A stretch of 63,594 nucleotides of DNA, filler included, from Octopus bimaculoides (GCF_001194135.2; 9 parts of 9 records of this genome joined end to end with filler, not necessarily neighbours in it), one strand, 5' to 3'. Positions 36,679-48,786 are shown, counted from the whole stretch's first letter. The notes: generated by a model not told the origin, from the sequence alone. Made by a program: numbers and translations.

Positions 36679-36865
36679 TCGACATCGAAAAATACCTTAG
36701 GAATGAGAACCCAGGTTCGAAATTTCCCCAAGACACCTGATGAAGGCTGGAGGGTATATCAGCCGAAACGTTGTGCTGACAACAAACAAGATGAGGACAA
36801 ATATTCGTCAAATGTAAATAATGTAAATAATGTACATAATTCCTCATCTCTTAAATATAGAACTG
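36678..36865 (+). mobile_element. Penelope-like element pseudo-LTR remnant carrying the hammerhead
   Basis: Short non-coding unit between (AAT)n and an AT-rich tandem tail (aatgtaaat repeats) that contains a minimal HHR. Minimal HHRs in pLTRs are an established feature of Penelope-like elements. No PLE ORF is adjacent. Confidence 0.5.
36732..36777 (+). ncRNA. Minimal type I hammerhead ribozyme motif in a Penelope-like pseudo-LTR
   Basis: GACAC-CUGAUGA-A-GGCUG(gagggtatat)CAGCC-GAA-ACGU-U-GUGCU. The core (36737-36743), stem II (36745-49/36760-64), GAAA (36765-68), palindromic helix III ACGU, GUU cleavage triplet (36770-72) and stem I (3 WC pairs, 1 mismatch, 1 GU) are all readable. Confidence 0.7.
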
Positions 36866-38165
36866 TATTATCTATTATATCGACCTGAATTAACTGTAGA
36901 GATAACTTCAAAAAGCGTTAAAATAAAAAGTACCATTCTCGTATTGGGGTCGATATAATCAACTTGCCCCTCCTCTCAAAATTACCGGATTTATACCCTG
37001 CAGCATACTGGCCTCCCGTTTAGGAGGAATGTTGTGATCTGTGTCATTTACAAGCCGTGAAAACCAGGTAACTCATCCTATGAGTCCTAGGGTTTAAAAA
37101 AAAAAAAACAAATACTGCAAGCCGCTCAACTAATTCCACCTAATTTTGCTGCATTCATTTTCTTTTCGCTTGTATTTATTTTCTGCGACAAAGATTCTGT
37201 TGACGCGAAAGTAGACATTTCCTTTCCTTTCCCGAAGCATTATAAGTTAATGTGACGTTAATATGGCAGCTTGTCATTGTATATAATCGCACAGTATTTA
37301 ACTGTGACAAACCTATCATATAGCACAACTTTACTTTTGCTTTACATAATCGAAGATTTAGACATCGTTAAAAATTACACAAAAAGCACTCTGTATGTGA
37401 GTGGACTGGAGCAACGTAAAGTAAAGTGGTACTCCGTCGGTCACGACGATGTGGGTTCCAGTTGATTCGATCATCGGAACAGCCTGCTCGTGAAATTAAC
37501 GCGCAGCAAGTGGCTGATCACTCCACAGACGTATGTACCCTTAACGTAGTTCTCAGAGACATTCAGCGTGATACAGGATGTGATCAGACTGGTCCCCTTT
37601 GAATTACAGGTACTGCTCGTTTTAAATGCCAGCTGAATGGGACTGGAGCAACGTGACATAAAACACCTCGCTCGAGGACACAAAACTCCACCGGGTATCG
37701 ACCTCACGATCTTACAAACGTGAGCCGAACATCGTAACCATTAAGCCACGTGTCTCCACTAGATATGGCTACAATGATAACATATACATAAACACTCAGC
37801 AACACCGTATATTCTAATACGTGTGCCATAGCTGCTCATTCTATAACACATTATAACATATTATAACATATTATAACGACATTGTTACTAAAGATGGTAA
37901 TTTAATCAGTTATATCATCCCTCTGACGTGACTTTCAACACCGCCGTATCCACAGAAGGTCGTGTTATGATATCGTTATAATATAATGTAATATATTTAT
38001 TTCATTCTTATCACATCATATTAGACAGGTGCCTTCATATCATTGCCATCGTAAGCCAATACATTGCGAAGATCAACATTTATCGATTATGGCGATATGG
38101 ATGCCAGCACAAAACACAATACGTTGCTCGTGTTGATGTTGCTGTTGGTAGTGGTGTTGGTCGTG

Positions 38166-38214
<49 letters not shown>

Positions 38215-38594
38215 NNNNNNNNNNNNNNNNNNNNNNNNNNNNNNNNNNNNNNNNNNNNNNNNNNNNNNNNNNNNNNNNNNNNNNNNNNNNNNNNNNNNNN
38301 NNNNNNNNNNNNNNNNNNNNNNNNNNNNNNNNNNNNNNNNNNNNNNNNNNNNNNNNNNNNNNNNNNNNNNNNNNNNNNNNNNNNNNNNNNNNNNNNNNNN
38401 NNNNNNNNNNNNNNNNNNNNNNNNNNNNNNNNNNNNNNNNNNNNNNNNNNNNNNNNNNNNNNNNNNNNNNNNTAACAAGGATTACTAGGGCTCCAAGGTT
38501 ATAGCCGAGGCGGTATATATAGACACACACACACACACATATGTGTGCAACACATGTATGTATGTATGTATGTATGTATGTATGTATGTATGTA

Positions 38595-39384
38595 CGAGGT
38601 CTGATCGATAAGTATCCGGACATTTGCCATAGTAACGAAGCTAAAGCAGGCAGAGTAAGGCCGCTTGGCAAAGATTGACCTTCAATGCTGCTGTGCATGC
38701 GAACTAAGATTCAACGTTGTAGCTCACTTCTGCTGTTTATGGCAGTGCTCGTTGCATTGACCACGACAGAGAAAGTGTGACATGGTGATACCTGCTCAGA
38801 GCCGTACACAAGTGTACGAGGGATGAAGATGTTTCCAAGATGGACCCGCAACCCGTAAAACGGAGAACGATATCACAGATGTGCATGCGGCTGTGAGGGG
38901 AAATTCTCGAATCGTAATCCGTGAGTTATCAGAGGATGTGCAGATTAGCTACGGTTCAGTTCAATCCATTATCACTGAAGATCTGGGTATGAGACGCGTG
39001 TCTGCCAAGTTTGTGCCAAAACTGCGTTCAGTTGACCAAAAAATTACTCTGATTTCAATTGTGCAAGATCTCCTTGACTGTGTCGAGAACGATGAAAACA
39101 TTTTCAAAACTTTGCGCAGGCCTCTGAACAGGTATCGCCATGCTTTTGGCAAAATTTGATGCAGATTCTCTGCTCAACTTCCTCTGTCATGGTCAATGTA
39201 ACGATCACACGCTACACAGCTTCCTTCCAAGCACTGCTGTAAAGAGCAAAAGTGAGTTAGAACGTCGAAGACTAGTGGACATACATAGCAGAGATCACGG
39301 TCAATCTGTGCCAAGCGGCTTTACTCTGAGTGCTTTAGTTTCGTTACTATTGCAACAGTCCGCATAACTATTGATCGACCCTCG
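38595..39384 (+). mobile_element. Non-autonomous irritans-like mariner derivative with long terminal inverted repeats
   Basis: cgaggtctgatcgataagtatccggac / gtccgcataactattgatcgaccctcg with TA on both sides. The inversion extends to about 85 bp. Internal RELSEDVQISYGSVQSIITEDLGMRRVSAKFVPKL. Confidence 0.85.
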
Positions 39385-40575
39385 TATATATATATATATA
39401 TATATATNNNNNNNNNNNNNNNNNNNNNNNNNNNNNNNNNNNNNNNNNNNNNNNNNNNNNNNNNNNNNNNNNNNNNNNNNNNNNNNNNNNNNNNNNNNNN
39501 NNNNNNNNNNNNNNNNNNNNNNNNNNNNNNNNNNNNNNNNNNNNNNNNNNNNNNNNNNNNNNNNNNNNNNNNNNNNNNNNNNNNNNNNNNNNNNNNNNNN
39601 NNNNNNNNNNNNNNNNNNNNNNNNNNNNNNNNNNNNNNNNNNNNNNNNNNNNNNNNNNNNNNNNNNNNNNNNNNNNNNNNNNNNNNNNNNNNNNNNNNNN
39701 NNNNNNNNNNNNNNNNNNNNNNNNNNNNNNNNNNNNNNNNNNNNNNNNNNNNNNNNNNNNNNNNNNNNNNNNNNNNNNNNNNNNNNNNNNNNNNNNNNNN
39801 NNNNNNNNNNNNNNNNNNNNNNNNNNNNNNNNNNNNNNNNNNNNNNNNNNNNNNNNNNNNNNNNNNNNNNNNNNNNNNNNNNNNNNNNNNNNNNNNNNNN
39901 NNNNNNNNNNNNNNNNNNNNNNNNNNNNNNNNNNNNNNNNNNNNNNNNNNNNNNNNNNNNNNNNNNNNNNNNNNNNNNNNNNNNNNNNNNNNNNNNNNNN
40001 NNNNNNNNNNNNNNNATATATATATATACATATATATATATGTATACATATATATATATATGCATATATAGATATATACACAAATATATATTTATTTATG
40101 TGTTTTAGCCAAGTGGCTGCGGTCATGCTGGTGCAATATAATATAAATATATATATATATATATATGTATATATATGTGCATATATATGTGCATATATAT
40201 ATATATATATATAATCAGCTATTTATCTGCGTGTGTGTGTATGTATGTATGTATATAGGCACATGAGACAATGCAGGTGTCTTTTTTCATGGATAGAATA
40301 TACTAATTAGGTTAACTTATAAATGAAAACTAAACACAAAAAAAAGAAGCTAAGCAATCAAAACTATAAAGTCTTAAAAATATTTAACAAGATGAATAAT
40401 GTTTATACGTCATTATCACATTGCCAATAATGAAGGAAAATAATCATAGCAATAATAATGATAATAATAATAATAATGATAATAATTATGATAATAATAA
40501 TGGTAACGTTAACAAATTTGATGATGATAATATGAACAATAATAAAACTACTACTGCTATAACTACTACTACTGT

Positions 40576-40689
<114 letters not shown>

Positions 40690-40964
40690 TGGTTATTCTT
40701 TGACAATGTATCAATATTTGTGTTTCTCTTGAGAAGTGGCTGACTGGCAAATTTGGCAATTAAGAATGAATATAAGAAGATAACTTATTTGGATAATTAG
40801 TTGATTGCAGTTCTGTGTAAACTAATTGAAAAAAAAAGTCGATAAGTTCCGATGTCTCGTGTTTCCATATAAAAGCAGGCGGTACAAAAATATATGCATG
40901 TATACACACATACATACATATATACATACATACACACAATCAATATATACATACATACATACAT

Positions 40965-41460
40965 ACATGTGGCATGTTATAGTTGCAAAGACCATTTATA
41001 ACGCTACCTATAAGAAGGATTGCCCTGATGTATGCATAACAATCATATCAGAACTATCATGTATTCACGCCTCTAAAACCAAGGAATACTGGTAAACACC
41101 CCAATTAAAACAGCAACTCGGTGTAAACATAACAAATCTGATATTGTTCTGTGGGATAAAGAACAAAAGTCATACGCTGTTCTAGATGTCAACCGCCCGG
41201 CTCATGTAAATGTATCATCAAACGTCCAGGAATAGGAGATCATTTCTGGTGAATTAATGCGGAACTTACAGCTCTTGAAAGTTCATTTGTACTCTTCATC
41301 ATAGTTGCATTACGTTATGTACCAAATTATATAAAAATACAATATAGGGGTTTTCAAAGAAAACGTAAAAAAGAAAAAAAAAACTGACGCATTATCTCTA
41401 AATCCAATCCATTAGTGGCACAGTGAAGATTTACAAGACATCCCAAAGATTCTTCCTCTG
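40965..41460 (+). mobile_element. Degenerate RLE-type LINE C-terminus (separate family)
   Basis: VAKTIYNA..KEYW*NTPIKTATRCKHNKSDIVLWDKEQK..VLDV..ELMRNLQLL..SISGTVKIYKT. The same C-terminal motif occurs at 51432-51530. Confidence 0.7.
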
Positions 41461-41960
41461 TGATTCTTACGGTGAATATACGCTCATATTTGGGTATGTG
41501 CATTGACGGCTGAACCAACCCACCAACTCAACCACATATTTGTAATCACCGGCAAATCTCTTAATTTAAAAGTCTTGTTACTTTGTGTGTGCGCGCGTGT
41601 GTGTGTGTGTGTGCGTGTTTGTGTGTGTGNNNNNNNNNNNNNNNNNNNNNNNNNNNNNNNNNNNNNNNNNNNNTTAATTAATTAANNNNNNNNNNNNNNN
41701 NNNNNNNNNNNNNNNNNNNNNNNNNNNNNCAGTTAGTAGAATAGTTTCATTTTTAAAGTGAAAGTATTTGACATGAGTGTTTTTGTTTCACTTTTGACAC
41801 GTAATACTTAAATAGTGGAGGAGATATTATGTTGCTGTGGGCTCGAACTCTGGAAGAAGTTAAAATTTTTTTTGACTAAAACACAACTGGAACCCTAAGT
41901 AAGGCATGTGTAAAATTTGAATGAAATTGGTTGCGTAGTTCTCGAGTTTTAGGGATTCAC

Positions 41961-42015
<55 letters not shown>

Positions 42016-42752
42016 CACACACACACATTCTCATTTTTATATATATAGATATATATATAGATATATATATATATATAATATGTGACAATTAGTTGGTTTG
42101 TCATAATAAAACTCAGTTTTGGATACCGGAGATGAAGTCCGCTCCGGCATCTCATCATTTATTAATATGCCGGAGCATATATTGTTATCATTGTCCTTTT
42201 AGTAAACACATTTTGTGCGTTTTTGAATGCCTGATATGTGTCTTCCATGCTGTTAAATTTATTTAACACCCTATTGAAATGACCATCAAAAAGATAAATT
42301 ATTACTGGAAAATCGAAAAAGAAATATTTTGCGTTTAGTAGATCCAAGAAAGATTAAACAGACCCTACGACAGAAAACTAATAATTTGTAATACAATATC
42401 AGGGTTTTATTTTCGCTAATTATTTTATATTTAAGTTTTGTCGAGCATTGAAAGAGCTGCAAGTCTATGAACTAAACAGTGTACGTGTAAAGATTGTATA
42501 CTCAAACATATAATTTAAAAAGCAATAATAGTTACATATTTTCTTTTAAAGGTTTTCAGACAGGGTGAATCAGTGGCCAACTACGTAGCTTCATTGAATT
42601 TTTAATCAATTTCTATTTCGGATTGGTCACCTTTGTCTTTGAGAAAAATTATGATTAACACTAACGAGTTATTAAAGACGTGATTTTATTTAAATATATG
42701 TTGTATGACCTATTACATTGCGTATGCTTGCCTTCATTAAAAATAAAAATTC

Positions 42753-43125
42753 TTATTACCTCCGCCTTAGCGAAGGCGGAGGTATTGTTTTCAGTAGTGT
42801 TTGTTAGTCCGTAGACAAAATATCTGAAGAACCGCGGGATGGATTCGGATGAAACTTTCAGGGATATTTGGCCTCGTGGTTGGCCCGGACTGATTAGATT
42901 TTGGGATCGATCCGGTACCGGACAAGGATTCTGGATTATTTTTTCTGTTTTTTTTTCTTTACTTAATTTTTGATAGCGGTCTGGTTCATTTTTAGTATTC
43001 TCGTTTGTGAGAGCAGTCCAGTTTATTTCAGATATTCTCATTTTAACAATCATCTCTGACTAATCGTTGAGAAGACGTTGGTGCTCTCTTGGCGGAGGTT
43101 TGCGCTCTCTTAGTGCTCTTGTGTT
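42753..43125 (+). mobile_element. Helentron-associated non-autonomous element (HINE/DINE-like)
   Basis: 5' ttattacctccgcc subTIR folded as a 12-bp hairpin (42757-42784). A 3' ggcggaggt subTIR at 43091 is followed by a gcgctctc/tagtgc stem-loop, and the ends are T-rich. A second copy lies at 49881. Confidence 0.75.
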
Positions 43126-44603
43126 AGAATTCGTCATACAAAAATTGTAAGTTTGCTCCAACATTTGTTCGAGATTTTTAATCGCCTCCTTATCCTGCCA
43201 AGAGCCACATGGTACAACGATTATTTTATGAAATTACTTATAGAGTTCATCGTATAAACCATATTCTCAGAAAAAAATATATGTAAGCATTTCATACAGC
43301 TGCAGTGGAACTGTGTCAGTTTGTACGAAGAAAAATAATAAATGTTTAAGTGCAGTTAACAGTTTTTATCTTTTAATGGATGGTGTGTAGTGATTTCAAC
43401 ACTGTAATTGTTTCACTATACGGTCTCAGAGAAATCATTTCCCAAGCAGATACATCTCTGAAATACATTTTATTCTCCTCCCACGAAATATATTTCAGAA
43501 CACCCTCTTCAGATCTTAAAGAATAAAGTTTGCTAAATTTTTAAATCCTTAACTTATAGGCGCCATTTTGTTTGTATTGTTAGCTTCTTTTATTGCTTAA
43601 TACATGCAACTAGATTCCCATCGGCAAGATGAAAACGTTTGATATTGGACATAAAAAAAAAAAAGTTTTTAAAATCGTTTCTTTCCAAGCAGGAATTACC
43701 ATTTTTTAAATTCCACATCGGTCCTATCGGATTGCTATAAATAGATTTGATTAGATTTATATTAGTGAAAATAGTTGACAAAATNNNNNNNNNNNNNNNN
43801 NNNNNNNNNNNNNNNNNNNNNNNNNNNNNNNNNNNNNNNNNNNNNNNNNNNNNNNNNNNNNNNNNNNNNNNNNNNNNNNNNNNNNNNNNNNNNNNNNNNN
43901 NNNNNNNNNNNNNNNNNNNNNNNNNNNNNNNNNNNNNNNNNNNNNNNNNNNNNNNNNNNNNNNNNNNNNNNNNNNNNNNNNNNNNNNNNNNNNNNNNNNN
44001 NNNNNNNNNNNNNNNNNNNNNNNNNNNNNNNNNNNNNNNNNNNNNNNNNNNNNNNNNNNNNNNNNNNNNNNNNNNNNNNNNNNNNNNNNNNNNNNNNNNN
44101 NNNNNNNNNNNNNNNNNNNNNNNNNNNNNNNNNNNNNNNNNNNNNNNNNNNNNNNNNNNNNNNNNNNNNNNNNNNNNNNNNNNNNNNNNNNNNNNNNNNN
44201 NNNNNNNNNNNNNNNNNNNNNNNNNNNNNNNNNNNNNNNNNNNNNNNNNNNNNNNNNNNNNNNNNNNNNNNNNNNNNNNNNNNNNNNNNNNNNNNNNCCC
44301 CCACAAAAAAGCAGAAATAATAGTAACGTAATGAATCGCAAGAGAATTTTGCGTAACAAATCTAAGTGAAAATCGACGCATTTTTTTACTGACGCCATAA
44401 CGTATCGAGAAAGTTTATAGAAAAGCAACTTACAATCAAAAATATATATTGTTGAATGAAAATTACTTGTAGTAGAATTTTTTTGACCAATTTTCTTTTA
44501 AACCTTCATATATATAAATATTTATTTATTTATTTTTAGGGACCTTGCCATCATTTTGTTGGAGCTGATATAGGAAATATCCCGGATTTTTATTAAAAAA
44601 AAA

Positions 44604-44937
44604 ATGTCACACTCACTAACAACTGCTCAAAATACTTTTCTTTTTATCGCGATCACTAATTTGATATTTGGATTATTTTGGACGACTGTAACTTCGCAAA
44701 GTAACTCAAAGCAAAATTTCTGTAAACATACTTATGTGACTGAGACGACAACGAAGTGCTTTTCTTGTGACACAGCACTTTCTGAAGCATGTGGAAAATA
44801 TCAACCTGTGCCATCTTCGAAAGAGACATGCACGTACTTTGATTCTGGAACTGAATTTCAGGGCTGCCAATGGACGTGCAAACGTAATGTTACCACACGT
44901 GTGTGCTGTCCTGGATTTTGGGGAGACAGCTGCTTAG
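44604..44937 (+). CDS. First coding exon of a stabilin-like (STAB1/STAB2 family) secreted/membrane receptor: signal peptide + EMI-like Cys-rich N-terminal domain
   Basis: Translation: MSHSLTTAQNTFLFIAITNLIFGLFWTTVTS|QSNSKQNFCKHTYVTETTTKCFSCDTALSEACGKYQPVPSSKETCTYFDSGTEFQGCQWTCKRNVTTRVCCPGFWGDSCL. It has a hydrophobic signal peptide and Cys spacing C-x11-C-x2-C-x7-C-x12-C-x11-C-x3-C-x8-CC-PGFWG-x2-C, which matches the stabilin N-terminus as I recall it (ending CCPGxWGxDC). An in-frame TAG at 44571 lies upstream of the A-rich ATG. The acceptor is tttatttttag|G (exon starts 44540) and the phase-1 donor is G|GTGAGT at 44938. Orthology is not proven from one exon. Confidence 0.85.
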
Positions 44938-45670
44938 GTGAGTCCATATATNNNNNNNNNNNNNNNNNNNNNNNNNNNNNNNNNNNNNNNNNNNNNNNNN
45001 NNNNNNNNNNNNNNNNNNNNNNNNNNNNNNNNNNNNNNNNNNNNNNNNNNNNNNNNNNNNNNNNNNNNNNNNNNNNNNNNNNNNNNNNNNNNNNNNNNNN
45101 NNNNNNNNNNNNNNNNNNNNNNNNNNNNNNNNNNNNNNNNNNNNNNNNNNNNNNNNNNNNNNNNNNNNNNNNNNNNNNNNNNNNNNNNNNNNNNNNNNNN
45201 NNNNNNNNNNNNNNNNNNNNNNNNNNNNNNNNNNNNNNNNNNNNNNNNNNNNNNNNNNNNNNNNNNNNNNNNNNNNNNNNNNNNNNNNNNNNNNNNNNNN
45301 NNNNNNNNNNNNNNNNNNNNNNNNNNNNNNNNNNNNNNNNNNNNNNNNNNNNNNNNNNNNNNNNNNNNNNNNNNNNNNNNNNNNNNNNNNNNNNNNNNNN
45401 NNNNNNNNNNNNNNNNNNNNNNNNNNNNNNNNNNNNNNNNNNNNNNNNNNNNNNNNNNNNNNNNNNNNNNNNNNNNNNNNNNNNNNNNNNNNNNNNNNNN
45501 NNNNNNNNNNNNNNNNNNNNNNNNNNNNNNNNNNNNNNNNNNNNNNNNNNNNNNNNNNNNNNNNNNNNNNNNNNNNNNNNNNNNNNNNNNNNNNNNNNNN
45601 NNNNNNNNNNNNNNNNNNNNNNNNNGTAATTGTTCATTTTATGCGTGTGTTTAACATAGGTATTAGCTAA

Positions 45671-46416
45671 GGCGGTTAGCTGGCAGAATCGTTAGCATGC
45701 CGCGCAAAATGCTTAGCGACATTTCCGTTTTAATGTTCTGAATTCAAATATTACCGGGGTTGACTTTTGCCTTTCATTCCTTCTGGAGCGGATAAAATAA
45801 ACAGCAGTTGAGTACAGGGATCGATGTGATCGACTTCCCACGACCCCTAAACTGTTGGCCTTGTGCCAAAATTTGAAACCAATATATAGATTTACTAGCT
45901 TAATGGTTTTTGATTTAGGCACAAACCCATCAATTTTGATGGCGGGGTGGGGGGAGTAGTCGAGATGATCGATTCCACTACAAAACTAGAATTTTACTTT
46001 CTTGACTCTGGCGGGATGAAATGCAAAGTTGACTTTACCTGGATTTAGACTCAGAATGTAAAAAGCTGAATCCGAATACTGGAGAACATTTTGCTTGGTG
46101 CTCCGATTCTGTCAGTCGATCTCCCAGCCATCACAATGATGATATTATTATTATTATTATTAATATTATTATTGTTATTGTTTTTATTATTATTATTACT
46201 ACTAGGGCGGCAAACTGGTAGAATCGTTAGCATGCCGGACAAAAGGCTTAGCGGCATTTCGTCCGCCTTTACGTTCTGAGTTCAAATTCCGCCAAGATCA
46301 ACTCTGCCTTTCATCCTTTTGGGGGTCGATAAAATAAGTACCAGTTGAGTATTGGGGTCGATGCAATCGACTTACTCCTCCCTGAAATTACTGGCCTTGT
46401 GCCAAAATTTGAAATC
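45671..46416. mobile_element. Cluster of three SINE family B copies: 45671-45880 (+), about 45905-46115 (-), 46206-46416 (+)
   Basis: Shared gctggcagaatcgttagc..ttctgagttcaaattc..gataaaataagtaccagttgag..ggccttgtgccaaaatttgaaa. Confidence 0.8.
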
Positions 46417-46436
46417 ATCATCATCATCACCATTAT

Positions 46437-47632
46437 TATTTGATGAAAACTCTCAGCTTATTTTGCTGGGTATGATGGAAAGTGTCAGTCGTACACAGCG
46501 AGCAGATAAAGGTGACGCTTGTTTACTGGTTATGCTTCAAGGACTCTGAGAAGATTTTTTGTAGTTTCAAGCAATGCTGATTTTTGTAGGTGTTCTATCT
46601 TTACATTTGTACCAATCTTTTTGGGCCATGTTGGCAGCTGAGTGCTGATACTTCCAAGTGCACCAATTACTATTGGTATCACGTCTACTCTCCCCATTGA
46701 CCATAACTTTCGTGTTTCTCACTTCAAATCGTCGTAGTCGTTCAGTTTTTCCTCTTCTTTCTCTTTGACCCTGTTGTCAATGGGACATACTATGTCGATT
46801 ATCATGCAAGTTCTTTCTTTTTTATTCACCACAACAAAATCCGATTTGCGATGTCTGGTCAAGTGGTCACACTGAATCATTGTATCCAACAGGATTTTGC
46901 AATCTTCATTCTCGATGATTTCTTCTAGGGTTTTCTCATACCACGTCTTTGCTCTTTGTAGGCCGTGATTTCCACAGAGTTCCCAATGGATCATTCTTGT
47001 CACGTTGTCAAAATCATCGTTTGTAATCGCGTTGTGCCAATTTCGGGTATTCGCTAACGATGTGCCATACCGTTTCACCTCTCTTACCACACGTTCTGCA
47101 TTTGTCGCTGTCGGTAGTGTTATCGATTCTGCACTTCACACAGTTAGTCCTTAACGCTTGTTCTTGTGCTGCACATATAAGTGCTTCTGTTTCTATCTTC
47201 AGGTCACTCCTCCTCATCCATAGCCACCGGTCTTCTGGCGTTCGTATGTCTTGAAAACTGACCGTGCATTTTTCTCCTTCCATGCCGTTTCTTTTTTTTT
47301 GTGTTCTTTTCCTCTTTAAGTTTTTATTTCTTTACACAGTTATCTTGATGACGCCGGACTTCTTCACATGTTTCAACAATGGTTTCACGCTATTTTTTTT
47401 ACTTACCACCCTAATGTATTTTCCTCTGCATCGATACAATCCTGGAAACTGATCAAATCTCTCTCACCCTTTCTTCTGCACAAGTACAGCCTATCGGTGT
47501 CACTTTTAGGGTGGACGGCTCCGTTCACTGTCAATATTTTTCTTGTTTTCGTATCAGTTCTTTCTTTTGTCAGTTTATGATTCCAGCTCCATACCAAAGT
47601 GATGCTATTGTCCATGTATTAACTGCTTGGAT
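46437..47632 (-). mobile_element. R4/Dong-like RLE LINE, 3' half (RT thumb, CCHC knuckle, PD-(D/E)xK endonuclease, 3' UTR)
   Basis: IQAVNTW..YGAGII..TRKILTVNGAVHPKSDTDRLY; ETEALICAAQEQALRTN..CRTCGKRGETVWHIVSE; HRKSDFVVVNKKERTCMIIDIVCPID; stop TAA at 46530-32; the 3' end abuts (TAA)n. Several frameshifts and stops. Confidence 0.9.
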
Positions 47633-47735
47633 CTTCTTCTTCTTCTTCTTCTTCTTCTTCTTCTTCTTCTTCTTCTTCTTCTTCTTCTTCTTCTTCTTCT
47701 TCTTCTTCTTCTTCTTCTTCTTCTTCTTCTTCTTC
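47633..47735. repeat. (CTT)n microsatellite, about 34 units
   Basis: Read directly. It sits at the 5' junction of the 46437-47632 LINE. Confidence 0.98.
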
Positions 47736-47759
47736 TCATCATCATCATTATTATTATTG

Positions 47760-48305
47760 AGTGAGAAAGCAGTGCATACCATCAAAGTGACACTGGAATG
47801 CAAATATACAAAGCTCAATATATCCATTATGACTGCTCGTCTGATAAGGGTTCACCAGGCACATGCATCACAACCATATGTGCGTGATATGGCGACCTAA
47901 TATAATGATAAACAGCGCATGGCCTTGCAGATAGGACCCAGTTAGAATTTTCTTCAGGTTGAGTAGCCCACCCCGCTCAAAAGGCCCCTGAATAAAGGTT
48001 GTTTAAGGATGTTGAACGAAGCACTCATGTTTCCACAGGGGAATTATTCAAACTCCAAAGAATTCCTCTCAACACATGGTTATGATGCTTCCCACTACTC
48101 TTGCCTTCAATCAGAGAGGCACATATTGTCAGCCATTAAGGGACATGCTCAACTGGTTAAGGTCAAACAACTGACAAACAATCAATGGTATTGAGCAGAA
48201 TATTTGGTGTAGCCCATTTTTTATACTAAGACAAAACAATGTACACAACACTTCCAGTCAATTAAGATCAGAAGCCATGACAGCCACTGCCTGGTACTGC
48301 ATCAG
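47760..48305 (-). mobile_element. Non-coding interspersed repeat (about 540 bp) ending in (TAA)n, associated with RLE LINE fragments
   Basis: 47760-48000 is clearly homologous to 2050-2285 (gcagtgcat.ccatcaaagtgacactgg...ccagttagaattttcttcagg.tgag..gccc). Confidence 0.7.
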
Positions 48306-48308
48306 GGT

Positions 48309-48309
<1 letters not shown>

Positions 48310-48346
<37 letters not shown>

Positions 48347-48786
48347 TATTGCCTTTGCACAGCTTCTAACGCTGGAGATGTATTACAGTGTCAGCTATTC
48401 CCTACCAGTAAACTAAGGTAACACTTCTTATTTTTCGAGCACCTTCCGGAGTATTCGAGTTTCGATCTTATTCCGTCCATTTCCTTTCGACTTAAGGATC
48501 AGTCCCGTCTCTTCTATCTGCTTCATAACCTCCCCCGACAGTATCGTTAGCCCGTCCGTACATTTGATTTTACCTCTCTTCAAGACACACACACACCACA
48601 CTTTCTCAGGCCCAATCCATTCTGATATCAGCACTGAAGGTATACACCGTATCAACGGGGGAACTGACTTGGGCTTCATTTTTACCATAAAGTTTGAGGT
48701 CATCCATGAATAACAAATGGTTGACTTTTTGTTGGCGGCTTTTGAATACATACCAAGCTTTTGCTTTCCTCAGAATCAGTGTTAGT
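48310..48786 (-). mobile_element. Internally deleted RLE LINE (RT motif fused to the C-terminus)
   Basis: LTLILRKAKAWYVFKSRQQKVNHLLFMDD..LKRGKIKCTDGLTILSGEVMKQIEETG|LILKSKGNGRNKIE|TRILRKVLEK*, followed by a 3' UTR and an (ATG)n tail. Confidence 0.8.
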
